From positions 1 through 36,403 of IMG/VR virus record IMGVR_UViG_3300032303_000410: a DNA stretch of 36,403 nt, one strand, 5' to 3'. The notes under the pieces are model-generated. The model was given only the letters and a program-made list of their open reading frames with translations, was not told the DNA's origin and searched no databases. This stretch comes from a virus. Lineage: Duplodnaviria > Caudoviricetes. Position numbers and translations under genes: made by a program. Shown in pieces: positions 7,104 through 18,100 of this stretch; the stretch's first letter is position 1; each line of letters starts with the position of its first letter.

Positions 7104-10100
7104 TTTCCACCTCATTCATTATAACTGTGCCATCCTTAGTCTTTCCAAATTCAAACTTATAAACACTGCCTTCTTCAATCTTCATGTATGCCTTGGCAAA
7201 CTGCATTGGAAATACTACAACTGAGTGCATCTCTCTTCCAGCATCTGCTACAACTAATGAAGCCATCTTTTTACCAGCCTTTGTTACTCTTGGTTTAAAG
7301 GATACCACAAAGTGCTCTCCCTCTTTATATGGAAGCATCTTGTAGTTTAAGAACTTAATTAAAGAGTCTTTTGATTCTTTTATCTCGTCTGCTGGAATAG
7401 CAGAGACAATTCTATTATCTGATGCAAGTATTAAGTATGTCTTACCAGCCTCAATAGTTGTACCCTCTTCATCAAAAATACCAACACTTCCAGTCTTATC
7501 AAGAAACTCTACTCTTGACCAGCCCTTAGATCGCTTGATTGACTTAACCATTCCCATAAGAACAAATGATCCAGTCTCTTCGTACTCTTCAACATCATTG
7601 ATATATGCATAATAGTGTTGTGGTACAGACATGTTAAACTCAGGAAGGTTTAGGTACTCATATAGGTTTTCCTTAACCTCTTGAGGATTAGCTGGTTGAT
7701 CAGGAAATGTAAGTGCTCCTACGCATCTCATTGCTTGTAGTGCACGGCTATTTACACCGTTACCCTTAGTAAAGGTAAACTCTTCTACTTCTTTATAGGA
7801 AGTGAACGGACGACCTGCAATATATCTTTCTGCAATTTTGTCAGAAATATATTTAATGCCCGTAAGCCCAAATCTAATTCCTTTACCCTCAATCTTAAAA
7901 TCAATTTCTGAATCATTGAGATGAGGAAGTTTAATAGGAATACCCATACGCTTTGCTTCAATTAAATACTCTGTTCTTCCATCTTTATCTTTTTCATTCT
8001 TGAGTAATGCAAACATAAACTCTAGTGGATAATGGTACTTTAACCATGCTGTCCAGTATGATAGTGTTGAGTATGCTACTGCGTGAGACTTATTAAATGA
8101 GTACCCTGCGTGGGCCTCAAAATCATGCCAAAGGTCTAGCGCATCATTTGGCGAAAGGTATTGCGAAGCACCCTTAACAAATTGATCCTTGAAGATATCA
8201 AATTCTTTAGCATCTTTTTTCTTTCCAATGATCTTTCTAACTTTATCTGCTTCCGACATGGACATACCGCCAAGCTGTACGCATGCTTGCATAACTTGTT
8301 CCTGGTAAAGAATACAGCCATATGTTTCCTCCGTAAATGATTTCATAACCTGATGCTTGTAATCAATGTTTTCACGACCATGCTTACGAGCAATATAAGA
8401 CTTACCAATAGTATTCATAGCACCTGGACGGACCAAAGCATTTGATGCTGCAAGTTCAGCAAGATTTTTTACACGCATCTTAACTAGAAGGTTTGTATAT
8501 GGTGCTGCTTCACACTGAAACACACCCTTTGTATATCCGTCAGATAACATTGTATAAACATTTGCATCATCCATATCAATTTTTAGAAGGTCAATCTTAG
8601 TTCCTTCTCTGTCCTTGATAATATCAATACAGTCTTTAAGAACGCTCAGTGTCTTCAAACCAAGAGCATCAATCTTAATCAAACCAATGTTTTCTGCTTC
8701 ACCCATGTCAACTGCTACCACTGGGATTCTTTCATCTTGTCCAGTAACTGATCGTGTTTCCATTGGTGCATATCTAAAGATTGGATCTTTACTTGTTACT
8801 ACACCTGCTGCGTGAATTCCAGTACCACGAATTCTTCCACGAAGCTGATCTCCGTAAATCTCTACTTCTGGATATTTTTCTCTAAACCATAAAGTATTAC
8901 GTGAGTTACAGAAATCATCCCAAGTATCAACAACCTTAAGAACCTTGTTAACATCTGGTAGAGGAATATTCAAACATCTTGCAACATCTCGCACTACACC
9001 TTTGTCTTTAAACTGTAGAAATGTAGCGATTGATGCAACGTGACGGTACTGACGAACTAAGTAATCTTTTACTTCATCACGGCGTGTGTCTTGAATATCT
9101 GAGTCAATATCAGGAAAGTCATTACGGTCTGGGTTAATAAAACGGAAGAATAGTAATCCATGCTTGATTGGATCAATGTCTGTAATGCCAAGAGCATAAC
9201 ATAGCAATGAACCTGCTGCAGATCCACGACCAGGACCAACCATGATTCCTTCACCCTTTGCCCAGTTAAGCATGTTGCGAACAACTAAAAAGTATGGACC
9301 AAAGTTCTTTTGTCCAATAATTTCTAATTCTTCATCAAGTCTTGCAAGGTATTCCTCATTAGCCTCTAAACCTCTTTCAGACAAACCTTCAAGAGCAAGC
9401 TTCTTAAGCTCATTCATTGGCTTCTTGTACTGAACTGGTAGAAGGTCTAGATGTTCTTTAATGTCATAGCCTTCAATTTTGTTAGCAATCTCAATGGTAG
9501 ATGTAAACATGTCTTCACGATCAATACCCTGCTTTTCCATAGCATCTTTCATCTGCTCATAAGAAAGCAAATGAATATCAAATCTATTAAAACTCATCAT
9601 ACGGTCTGCGCCATATAAGTAATCTAGTCGCTCCATGAATGTATCATACTTTTTTGACTTCTCGTATGTAACATCTTTTTGTAGTTTTGCATGGGTATTC
9701 AAAAGAAGCATAAGTTCTTGGACTTCTTTTTGATCTACGTCAGCATGGTGACAGTCTGGTGTAACAACAATCTTAATCTTCATGGCATCTGCTAGTTCAA
9801 TGATGCCCTTGTTGATTTCAGCAGAGTTGTGTGGCATTACCTCAATATAGTAGTCATCACCAAACTCAGATTTAAACCATTGCATGTGACGTTTTGCTGT
9901 TGCTAGTTCACCTAGTTCAACAGCCTTTGCAATCCAACCACTTAAACATCCAGAGGTTACAATCAACCCTTCTTTATACTTGCTTAATGTTTCAAAATCA
10001 AAACGTGGCTTACTAAAAAAGCCATCTGTCCAAGCAATCTCATTAATCTTATTAAGGTTTTCAAGACCTATTTGGTTCTTGGCGAGAAGAACTATATGAT

Positions 10101-10371
10101 GATAGTTTTGGTCAAGAGGGTCTGGGCGGTCTGCCTTTGCTCTCTTGTCTGACATACTAGTAGTCATATAGCCTTCTACACCAAGTATTGGCTTAATTCC
10201 ATTTGCTTTTGCAATACGGTGCAGTTCCCTATGCCCAGATAAAGTACCGTGGTCAGTAATTGCCAATGCTGGCATTCCCAACGCAACTGCACGGTTCACG
10301 TATTCTTCTGGAGTAGCAACACCATCCATTAAGGAATAGTGTGTATGAACATGTAAGCCAACATAGCTCAT
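7096..10371 (-). CDS. dnaE: DNA polymerase III alpha subunit (DnaE-type, family C)
   Basis: PHP domain HVHTHYSLMDG/TDHG/DCHH, GPGRGSAAGS, catalytic PDIDSD, HAAGVV, KIDALGL, YSFNKSHA; no intein. Confidence 0.96.
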   Translation of the reverse strand: MSYVGLHVHTHYSLMDGVATPEEYVNRAVALGMPALAITDHGTLSGHRELHRIAKANGIKPILGVEGYMTTSMSDKRAKADRPDPLDQNYHHIVLLAKNQIGLENLNKINEIAWTDGFFSKPRFDFETLSKYKEGLIVTSGCLSGWIAKAVELGELATAKRHMQWFKSEFGDDYYIEVMPHNSAEINKGIIELADAMKIKIVVTPDCHHADVDQKEVQELMLLLNTHAKLQKDVTYEKSKKYDTFMERLDYLYGADRMMSFNRFDIHLLSYEQMKDAMEKQGIDREDMFTSTIEIANKIEGYDIKEHLDLLPVQYKKPMNELKKLALEGLSERGLEANEEYLARLDEELEIIGQKNFGPYFLVVRNMLNWAKGEGIMVGPGRGSAAGSLLCYALGITDIDPIKHGLLFFRFINPDRNDFPDIDSDIQDTRRDEVKDYLVRQYRHVASIATFLQFKDKGVVRDVARCLNIPLPDVNKVLKVVDTWDDFCNSRNTLWFREKYPEVEIYGDQLRGRIRGTGIHAAGVVTSKDPIFRYAPMETRSVTGQDERIPVVAVDMGEAENIGLIKIDALGLKTLSVLKDCIDIIKDREGTKIDLLKIDMDDANVYTMLSDGYTKGVFQCEAAPYTNLLVKMRVKNLAELAASNALVRPGAMNTIGKSYIARKHGRENIDYKHQVMKSFTEETYGCILYQEQVMQACVQLGGMSMSEADKVRKIIGKKKDAKEFDIFKDQFVKGASQYLSPNDALDLWHDFEAHAGYSFNKSHAVAYSTLSYWTAWLKYHYPLEFMFALLKNEKDKDGRTEYLIEAKRMGIPIKLPHLNDSEIDFKIEGKGIRFGLTGIKYISDKIAERYIAGRPFTSYKEVEEFTFTKGNGVNSRALQAMRCVGALTFPDQPANPQEVKENLYEYLNLPEFNMSVPQHYYAYINDVEEYEETGSFVLMGMVKSIKRSKGWSRVEFLDKTGSVGIFDEEGTTIEAGKTYLILASDNRIVSAIPADEIKESKDSLIKFLNYKMLPYKEGEHFVVSFKPRVTKAGKKMASLVVADAGREMHSVVVFPMQFAKAYMKIEEGSVYKFEFGKTKDGTVIMNEVESV

Positions 10372-10375
10372 CTAA

Positions 10376-11032
10376 TTACCAGTCAATATTTGCTGATGAT
10401 GAGGATGAGGGAGTATCAAAGCCTAGATAGAAGGCTTCTTGTTCTGCGTATGGAACTTTGTTGAGTGCCTTCTCCAATGGGTAAGGTTCAACTCCTGACC
10501 AATCAAATGGTGCAGAATCTGGAGAACTTGGAATAAGTGTATAGCTTGTTTCAGTACCCTGACCGTTACGCTTTACCTTCCAAGTAAGATTTGAGATGCT
10601 ACCTGTTTCAAGTGCATACTCACGAATAGTATTAAATGCAGATTGCTTGCTAACACCCATGTTCCAAATTGCAACATATGGTGCTTCAATGCCATCATCT
10701 ACAAGAACGTTGCAATAGAAACGAAGACGTGCACGCCAGCCAGCCTTCATATCCTTACGGTGCATTTCTTCTGCCCAGTCACGGCCTTCTGATTCCATTG
10801 TATCTACAGCCTTACGCTTGTAGTCCTTTGGGTTTGTGTGCTCTGATACAACTAGTGCAAGGCCACGTGCTTCGTTGTAGTTAGCTGAATCTTCATCTAG
10901 TTCTTCAATGAAGCGAATCTTTACTGCTTGTCCGTCAGCGATCTTGAACCAACGAACCTTTGTACCTGTGCCTTCAAACTTTGGCTTATCTACTAGTGCG
11001 TTAATGTTTTTTAGTCCTTTTACAATTGCCAT
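10376..11032 (-). CDS. Phage single-stranded DNA-binding protein (gp32-like)
   Basis: Located between primase and polymerase; KVKRNGQGTETSYTL motif; low-complexity tail ending IDW; strong SD AAGGAG. Confidence 0.72.
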   Translation of the reverse strand: MAIVKGLKNINALVDKPKFEGTGTKVRWFKIADGQAVKIRFIEELDEDSANYNEARGLALVVSEHTNPKDYKRKAVDTMESEGRDWAEEMHRKDMKAGWRARLRFYCNVLVDDGIEAPYVAIWNMGVSKQSAFNTIREYALETGSISNLTWKVKRNGQGTETSYTLIPSSPDSAPFDWSGVEPYPLEKALNKVPYAEQEAFYLGFDTPSSSSSANIDW

Positions 11033-11062
11033 TTTGTCCTGCTCCTTTTTTTATTATTGTTT

Positions 11063-11989
11063 TTATTTTAGCATAGATATGATTGAATTGTCAAACTGAA
11101 ACTCCAGCTTTTTAATCTCATCATCATCCATGTCTCCTATGTCCTTATATTTTTTGTCTAAGCTGATTACTGTTACTAGATGTCCCAATTTTTCAATTAG
11201 TTTATCCTTCATAATCATACCAGCTTCATCGTTGTCTGCAACTAGTACAACATTGTTGAAGTACTTTTCTAATAATCTGATCTGAGATACAGACACATTA
11301 GCACCCAGCGTTGCAACTGCTGGAAAACCTACTTGGTCTAAGCGGATTGCATCAAATGATGATTCCACTACATAAACTATACTAGAACTCTTAACCTTAT
11401 GCAAGTTAAATAGTACCTTGCTTTTTGGAAGTCCTGGGGTATTCTTAAATTCTTTTCCTTCAATGGTTCTAGCAACAAAGCCAATACACATTCCATCAGG
11501 GGTATGGATTGGAATAGTAACTGATCCCTGCTTTTCTGAATATCCAAGGTCAAACTTAATTACAGACTCTTTTGTTACTCTACGACCATTAAAGTAATTC
11601 ATTGCTACTGGAGAATCAAGTGCTTGTTTATTTAATCTTTTAATAAGTAATTCATCATACTGAACAAAATCAGGTGGTGCATATAGTGCTTTACCAACAA
11701 TGGTTTGAATATCAGACTGCTGTTCTTTGCTTTTAATGTATCTTACAGTTTCAAAGTATGATCTATTTGATGTAAACATAATTAACTCAATTAGATTCTT
11801 TGTTATTTGACACCCAAAACAAAAAAACAAACCACTGTCTTTGGCTACTTCTCCAGCAGGTGTTCTAGTGTTATTGTGAAATGGGCAGTAGATAATAAAG
11901 TCATTGCCAAACTCAGCTTCAATATCTAACCCTGCACCATTGAGAACACGACGAATCTGCTCTTCTGTATATATATCTTTATTTGCCAT
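11063..11989 (-). CDS. dnaG: DNA primase (CHC2 zinc finger + TOPRIM)
   Basis: CPFH...CFGC zinc finger; VVES.FD and ADND TOPRIM motifs. ATG 11989. Confidence 0.9.
   Translation of the reverse strand: MANKDIYTEEQIRRVLNGAGLDIEAEFGNDFIIYCPFHNNTRTPAGEVAKDSGLFFCFGCQITKNLIELIMFTSNRSYFETVRYIKSKEQQSDIQTIVGKALYAPPDFVQYDELLIKRLNKQALDSPVAMNYFNGRRVTKESVIKFDLGYSEKQGSVTIPIHTPDGMCIGFVARTIEGKEFKNTPGLPKSKVLFNLHKVKSSSIVYVVESSFDAIRLDQVGFPAVATLGANVSVSQIRLLEKYFNNVVLVADNDEAGMIMKDKLIEKLGHLVTVISLDKKYKDIGDMDDDEIKKLEFQFDNSIISMLK
11065..11094 (-). promoter_or_regulatory. Sigma70-type promoter for SSB/dnaE, embedded in the primase 3' end
   Basis: TTGACA (11094-11089), 18-nt spacer, TAAAAT (11070-11065) with extended TGC. 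Confidence 0.6.
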
Positions 11990-13202
11990 CTTCAAAATCC
12001 TTGTAACGATAGTAACCCTTGTCAAAGTCACATTGGACTAAGAAGTCTCCCATAAAACCATTACGGTTCTTTCTGAAGGCACATTCAATAATATCACTAT
12101 TGCTAGCACGACCTAGAGCCATAACCCAGTCAGCATCATAGGCAATCTGTCTTGACCATGCAGTCTGTGCAAGGGTAGGAACTGTTGACATATCTTTTAC
12201 ATCATCAGGTGTAGCAGATGAGATAGCTATGATAGGTACTTCTTCACTGATAGCCATTAGCTTTAGTTCACGAGAAAGGTTTTTCATCTTTACCGTTTCG
12301 TTATCAGCTTTTTGGTTTGGGCTCATCAACTGCAAGTAATCAACTACAACAAAGTCTGGCTTATACTGATCTAATTTTCCACGGATTACGGAAGGAGTTA
12401 TTTCTCCACCAGAGTCATTGGATATAATATGAAATGGTGGTCTACCTTTAAGTTTATTCTCATGCCACTTCTTTAGCATATCAAGTTCAATTTCACCATT
12501 TGAAAGTTTGCGGTGAGACCAAAGGCCTTCACCCATAATTGTTAATACACGATTACGCACTTCTGTTTCACTCATTTCAAGTGAGATGATAAGGGGTGTC
12601 TTACCCTGTTTCCAGGCCTGTACAGCAAAGTAGAGAGCCATCCATGACTTTCCTATACCTGGGTATGCTAGAAAGACTCCTAGCTGTCCTGGCATAATTC
12701 CAGAAGGTAGGTAGTTATCAAACCCTGGCAATCCTGTCTTGATTCCACGTTGACCTAATGCGTTCTGCTCTTTAACATTTTCAAAGTATGCAATAGCAGA
12801 TTCAATATCTGTTGCATCAATATCACGAATAGATGATGTATTTTTCTTTAAGGTAGAAGTCTTTGTAATTAGTTCTTCAAGTGCCAGAACTCCTTGACCA
12901 CTCTGAACCTCTGTTGCTGCTGATCGCAGAATATCCTTGAGACTGTCATTTAAATATTCTGTCTGTAATTCTTCAAGATGATGCTTTGTTGCGCCAATCT
13001 CTTTAATGATTTCAAAGTCTCTAAACTTTTCTACTACTAGAGATGATGGTGGGACGGTTCCATTGTTTTCAGCATATAAACGAATAAAGTTCCATACGTC
13101 GTTGTGTGTTCTTAATAGTGTTTCTACATTTGCCTGTAGTAGTACATGAAGTTGCTTGTCTTGTAATACCGCTGAAATTACTTTAGCTTCTGTATTATTC
13201 AC
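11979..13202 (-). CDS. dnaB: DnaB-like replicative helicase
   Basis: AYPGIGKS, SLEMS, VVVDYLQLM, SRELKLMA, IAYDAD, KNRNG. Confidence 0.93.
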   Translation of the reverse strand: MNNTEAKVISAVLQDKQLHVLLQANVETLLRTHNDVWNFIRLYAENNGTVPPSSLVVEKFRDFEIIKEIGATKHHLEELQTEYLNDSLKDILRSAATEVQSGQGVLALEELITKTSTLKKNTSSIRDIDATDIESAIAYFENVKEQNALGQRGIKTGLPGFDNYLPSGIMPGQLGVFLAYPGIGKSWMALYFAVQAWKQGKTPLIISLEMSETEVRNRVLTIMGEGLWSHRKLSNGEIELDMLKKWHENKLKGRPPFHIISNDSGGEITPSVIRGKLDQYKPDFVVVDYLQLMSPNQKADNETVKMKNLSRELKLMAISEEVPIIAISSATPDDVKDMSTVPTLAQTAWSRQIAYDADWVMALGRASNSDIIECAFRKNRNGFMGDFLVQCDFDKGYYRYKDFEDGK

Positions 13203-13503
13203 TTAGCCACTCCTTTGCTTTTGCCCTGCGCTGTTGTCTGTCTTTTAAGTCTTGCTCTACATCTAGTTTACCATTAAGAATTTTTTCTGCATTATAAGCA
13301 AAATAATTCCAACTTGCTTCTTGTGCAACAGAAAAATAATACTCTAATAAGTCATAACACTGTGACATGCCATAAGACTCAATAAGTCCATCTGCTGCCC
13401 ACTGCTCTACGTTTAAATTTAGAGATGGCTTCTGCTGATACTTTGCTGTATGTAATTTTGAGTATCTACTCAGCAAAGCCATACGGTCTTTGCGTTCTGC
13501 CAT
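13195..13503 (-). CDS. Hypothetical protein upstream of helicase (possible replication accessory factor)
   Basis: 102-aa ORF coupled to both neighbours; function inferred from position only. Confidence 0.7.
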   Translation of the reverse strand: MAERKDRMALLSRYSKLHTAKYQQKPSLNLNVEQWAADGLIESYGMSQCYDLLEYYFSVAQEASWNYFAYNAEKILNGKLDVEQDLKDRQQRRAKAKEWLSE

Positions 13504-13709
13504 TATTCTGAGATTTCAGACTTTGCTTCTTGAATCTTCTCAGTTAGTTTATCTTCCACAAACTTATACACACGATCAAATGCTTCTGCAGTTGTCTCGC
13601 CATCACGCTTGCTATCTACAACTCCTAGATCAAGTCTTAATGACTGAAAGTTGCCAAGATTAAGCGTATAGCCTAGTGTTACATTTACCTTTGTTGATTC
13701 GTTTTCCAT
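13503..13709 (-). CDS. Hypothetical protein
   Basis: VTLGYTLNLGNFQSLRLD pattern seen in small phage proteins; ATG 13709. Confidence 0.7.
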   Translation of the reverse strand: MENESTKVNVTLGYTLNLGNFQSLRLDLGVVDSKRDGETTAEAFDRVYKFVEDKLTEKIQEAKSEISE

Positions 13710-13728
13710 TACCCCACCCATTCATAAA

Positions 13729-14271
13729 TTATATAGACTCACTCCACACTGGAATAAATCGTCCATCTTCTGTTCTCGTATATGTAAGTATACCGTCTCC
13801 CATTCGCCTTGTCAACTCTTGGCTTGTAGGAGTCATGTTGTTCGTTATTAATTTGTCTTTTCTTGGTTGTCCTATATGTATACTTGCAAGTATAGCACGG
13901 ATATCCCTTACGTGGGATTCAGAGTAGTAAGCTCTTACTTGCCACTTTCTTTCCCCATTTAATTGTGCACCTACTGGTGGAGGGATGACTCCTCGTTTAA
14001 TTAAACTAGGTATATATTTTCTATGTCTGTTAATAAGCTTAGCAGTTTCTGCTACACTATATGCACGCTCACGATTTTTTTTAAAATCAGAAAGCAAGCA
14101 TGTTTCTAAACGATCTTTAGTTATATTATAAAACGTAACCATTCCAGTTGAACGGGAACTATGATAAACCCTAACAAGGTCACCATTAACAAACCATACT
14201 TTAACTTTACCTTTTATTACAGGTTCGTTATTGTATGCTTGGCTCTGGATTTTTCCTTTTGAAGTATCCAT
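13729..14271 (-). CDS. MerR-like/excisionase-like HTH DNA-binding protein
   Basis: YSVAETAKLINRHRKYIPSLIKRGVIPPP...RAYYSESHV winged-HTH pattern. Confidence 0.7.
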   Translation of the reverse strand: MDTSKGKIQSQAYNNEPVIKGKVKVWFVNGDLVRVYHSSRSTGMVTFYNITKDRLETCLLSDFKKNRERAYSVAETAKLINRHRKYIPSLIKRGVIPPPVGAQLNGERKWQVRAYYSESHVRDIRAILASIHIGQPRKDKLITNNMTPTSQELTRRMGDGILTYTRTEDGRFIPVWSESI

Positions 14272-14408
14272 TTTCCCTCTTTTGTTGCTGAAGGTGGATG
14301 ATAGAAAACTCTATTTCCACAAGAAATGCATGCTGTCTCTAAGTGTTCAGAAGTTGTATACTGTCTGTCTACAAAAACACGACCTTTGCATCTATTACAA
14401 TTTAGCAT
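14217..14408 (-). CDS. Small zinc-ribbon protein
   Basis: CNRCKG...CISCG. Confidence 0.7.
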   Translation of the reverse strand: MLNCNRCKGRVFVDRQYTTSEHLETACISCGNRVFYHPPSATKEGKWILQKEKSRAKHTITNL

Positions 14409-14416
14409 TATGTCCT

Positions 14417-14602
14417 TTATTTAGAAGTTTTTTCTTTTAGGCTTGCAGAGTATTCTTCTGCGGCCTTTTCTTTTTCTTCTTTTTCCTGAGAATTCTGTGT
14501 TATCTCAGCTCTAAGTATAGCAATCTGTGTTTCATAGTTAGAAACTAATTCACCAATACGTTGCTGCAAAGCCATAATAACTAGTTCTGCTTTGTTATCC
14601 AT
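14417..14602 (-). CDS. Small coiled-coil protein
   Basis: 61 aa, heptad-like LQQRIGELVSNYETQIAILRAEI. Confidence 0.7.
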   Translation of the reverse strand: MDNKAELVIMALQQRIGELVSNYETQIAILRAEITQNSQEKEEKEKAAEEYSASLKEKTSK

Positions 14603-14622
14603 TTAATCCACCCTTTTATTTG

Positions 14623-14835
14623 TTATAAAGACGCTAGCTCTGTTACCAAAATTTGTTTTTGTGCTGCTAGATCTGCAATCTGATCTGTCAAAGATGCAAC
14701 ACTTTCTGCACTTGGGGAAGCAACTGCTTGTGCTTCTGCCAAACTTAAGGTTGCATTATACTCTGAGTAAGCAATATTCTTTAGATGCTGCTGTATAATT
14801 GCAGTCTTTTCTTCTGCTGTTAGTTCTACTGTCAT
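14623..14835 (-). CDS. Small helical-hairpin/coiled-coil protein
   Basis: 70 aa, strong SD AGGAGG, own upstream promoter. Confidence 0.75.
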   Translation of the reverse strand: MTVELTAEEKTAIIQQHLKNIAYSEYNATLSLAEAQAVASPSAESVASLTDQIADLAAQKQILVTELASL

Positions 14836-14849
14836 GGTTTTCCTCCTGT

Positions 14850-14861
14850 TCTATTATAGCA
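14850..14861 (-). promoter_or_regulatory. Extended -10 promoter TGCTATAATAGA
   Basis: Perfect TGnTATAAT in an intergenic gap, upstream of SD AGGAGG. Confidence 0.7.
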
Positions 14862-14887
14862 TAATTCTATGGTTTTAGCCTAAGCCT

Positions 14888-15091
14888 TCATCTGGTTATA
14901 TTATATAACTCTTCTATTAAAGCATCAATTGATGCCCTTCTGTCTAATATATCAGATTGGACAATACTAATTTTATGACTATTTATACTAACTAGACTCT
15001 CTAAATCTTCAAGTTCAGATAAATACACTGACTCTAAAAAAGCTATACGAGCTTTTAGAAGTTCTTCTTTTTCTATATTTGTAAGATCCAT
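14888..15091 (-). CDS. Small helical-hairpin protein
   Basis: 67 aa, SD AGGAG; pattern similar to 14623-14835. Confidence 0.7.
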   Translation of the reverse strand: MDLTNIEKEELLKARIAFLESVYLSELEDLESLVSINSHKISIVQSDILDRRASIDALIEELYNITR

Positions 15092-15100
15092 GATTCTCCT

Positions 15101-18100
15101 TTAGTTCATAAAAGTTGTAAGGTTAGATGTAACAGAGCTGCCAGAGGCATTTGTGGCACTTATATATATTGTATAGTTTCCTCCGCCTTGCCATCCTGTT
15201 CCATCATATCCTGGTCTAAATGTTGTTAAGCCATATGTGTATTGATTAGATGTAGTATATACCGTTCCAGATGGGCCAGTAACAAAAATAGAGTAAGCAG
15301 TTGGAGAATTGCTAAAGCTCCAAGAAAATGTTCCACCATATTGTAAAGAGTTATTTCCTGTTAATGATATAAGAACAGGGGCTGCGCCACCACCACCTCC
15401 TGAAGTTATAGGTCCAATTTCTGCGCCAGCAACTAAGCCTGATGATCCTGCTGAGTTTGATGCTGAAGCAAAAGTTCTAAAATATCTTTGACCTGAGTTA
15501 AAGTCAGCCTGTGTGATTACATATGAACTAGATGTAGTGTTTCCAGCAGAACTTATAAGAGTTTCTCCACTTGAAACAAACTGTGTTCCTCTGTAAAGTC
15601 TTAAATCATAGCTAGTTGGACTGTTGTTCCATGAACCAACTCCAAAGAATATTGTAGACCCTACTGCTAATCCTCCACTTATTGTTGGTTGACTTGCATT
15701 TGTTGGAGCAACTACTGGTGTAGCAATAGGTCCTCTTTCTTGTCCTGCAACAAAACCTGAAGATCCTCCAGAGTTACTTGCATTTACATATGTTCTAAAA
15801 TATAGTTGTCCAGAAGTGTAATCGGCCTGAGTTACTGTATATGTTAAAGAAGTGCTTGTTCCAGAAGCCACTAATGTCTCTCCAGTAGAAACGTTTGCAG
15901 TACCCCTATAAATTCTTATGTCATAAGATGTTGGAGAATTGTTCCAAGTTCCAACTCCAGCAGTTAAAAGAGTTCCTACAGAGATTGAGGTTGGTGAAAG
16001 TGTTGGTATTGATGCATTAGTTGGAGGATTTACAACTGCAGACCATCTTGCATACATTGTCATGCTTGACGGTGGATTAAAAGATCCTCCAGATGCTATT
16101 GGTCCGTATGTAAAGTCTAAAGATGTTGTGTCATAGTATCCATTAAATGTAAAACCCGACCTAGTTCCTGGTGATGGAGCTATGTGTGCAGAGCCTTGAC
16201 TTTGCGTAGTTGATCCTCCACCATTTCCACCATTTGCATTCCACGTTACAGTGTATGTTGGCGCTGTAAATGTAACAGAGCCTGATCCAGATGTATCTGT
16301 TGTTCTAGTTGCCCCTGATGCAGATGCAGTTGATGCTAATGTAACACCACTTCCACCTTGATTAAGTTCTGGATATACAGTTACGCTTTGTAAAGTAAAT
16401 GAGTTAGCGCTGCTTCCAATTAATGCTAATGGGTTAGTGCTTGAAGAATTACCATTTAAAGTTTGTATTCCTCCAATAGCATTTGTTGTATATAAAACCC
16501 TATAGCTTTGTGCATCTGCTTGAGTCCATGTAGCATGAACAGTTATTGATGTATTTATTGCTCTAATAGTTGCATTTGCCGTTCCAGTTGATACGACAGT
16601 AAAGCTACCAGAAGTTAGTAATGATGATGGGTTTGTACCAGCACCTCCAGAACCTGAACCAGATACAGAAAATAAATTTGCTACTGATGTGTTTGATCCA
16701 TTAGCCCATGATACAGAGCCAGTATTAGATGGGGGGCTATTAGATACAGATATGCTTGTTGCAGAGCCAGGAAATGGAGTTGTATTTGATACAGATATAC
16801 CACTTATTGTTGGATAAGTATATGTAATAGTTCCTGATGCAGATGTAGTAAAATCTTGAGTTGCTCCTAAAGTTACTTGAACTGCTGGGGTAATAGTAAA
16901 GTTTCCAACAGTAGATCCAGTTGGTTGACCAGAATTTTGGTTTGAATACTCGTATACAATAACTTCTAAAACTCTTACGGTTGCAGAAGCAGCATTAACT
17001 ATTAAAGAAACAGAAGATGCAGAGCTATTTCCAGTAAGTACTGTGTCAACAAATCCTCCTGGAGCTATTGTTGATGTAGCTCTATATGTTACTCTATAAC
17101 TTGCTGCATTTGTTTGATCCCAAGATATTGTTGCTTGAGGCAATGCTTTTTGAACAACTGTTGCTGTAATTGATGCACTTCCAGTTGCTGCTGATAATGC
17201 AAATGATGATGACTGAGTAGATCCAGAAATAGTTTTATTGAGGTCGCTACCGCTATAATTACCAGTCCATGAAACATCAGAATATGTTACACCAGATCCA
17301 TTGGTCCAGCCAATTACTCCTGTTTGAGATGAGCCAATACCTGTTTTTGAAAATGTTATATTTGATGCTCCAGATAGGTTAGTTGTTGTTTGTGCTATTG
17401 CTACGTTTGAACGATTTAAAGCTGCAACAGTTAAATTATTAACAACTATTGAACTATCTGGATTAATTCCGTCAGAGGCTGTCAATGTTGCACGATATGT
17501 ACCAGATATAGTTACTGATTCAACAACATTTGTTCCTGTTTTTGAAACCAAGTTTACAAAATTTGTTTGTAAATAACTTCCTCCAGATTGTAATCTTTCA
17601 ATCTTTAATGTTATTGTTGGGAACTGATTATCTGATGAAACAACATATGAATATGTTATTTTTGATACTCCTCCAGTTGCTGTAAAAGAAGTAACGCTTG
17701 GTGGAGCATAATCAACAAACAATGTATTTGATATAATTGGTAACTCAGATGTTGCTCCTAAATCATCCACCGCATATACTTTACATCTAATATCTTTTTG
17801 AACAAAAGAACTCATGTTATTTGAAATTGATGTTGCTCCAGATATATCTGTCCATGTGCCACTTAATAATTGTTGCCACTGGTAAGAATAGCTTACAGGT
17901 GTACTAGACCATGTTCCATTATTTGTTACGCTATAAATATATGAGCTTGCTGAGCTTCTGGCAATTACGACAGTTCCTGCAGTTCCAACTAAAGCGCTTT
18001 TGCTAATATTTATATTATTGCTAACCTCTGTTGTAATAGTGCCTGTAGATGAATCTGTTCCTTTAACAACAAATCTAAACCATTTGCTTCTTACTGTTGT

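Noticed and set aside
404-13202. Inteins, introns or homing endonucleases in terL, recA, dnaE or the helicase
   Set aside because: Protein lengths are ordinary, motifs are contiguous, and no splice-junction or LAGLIDADG/HNH motifs were seen.
15408-16030. Adhesin repeat pair as a diversity-generating retroelement TR/VR
   Set aside because: Both copies are in frame in one gene, differences are not confined to adenines and include indels, and no reverse transcriptase is in the window.
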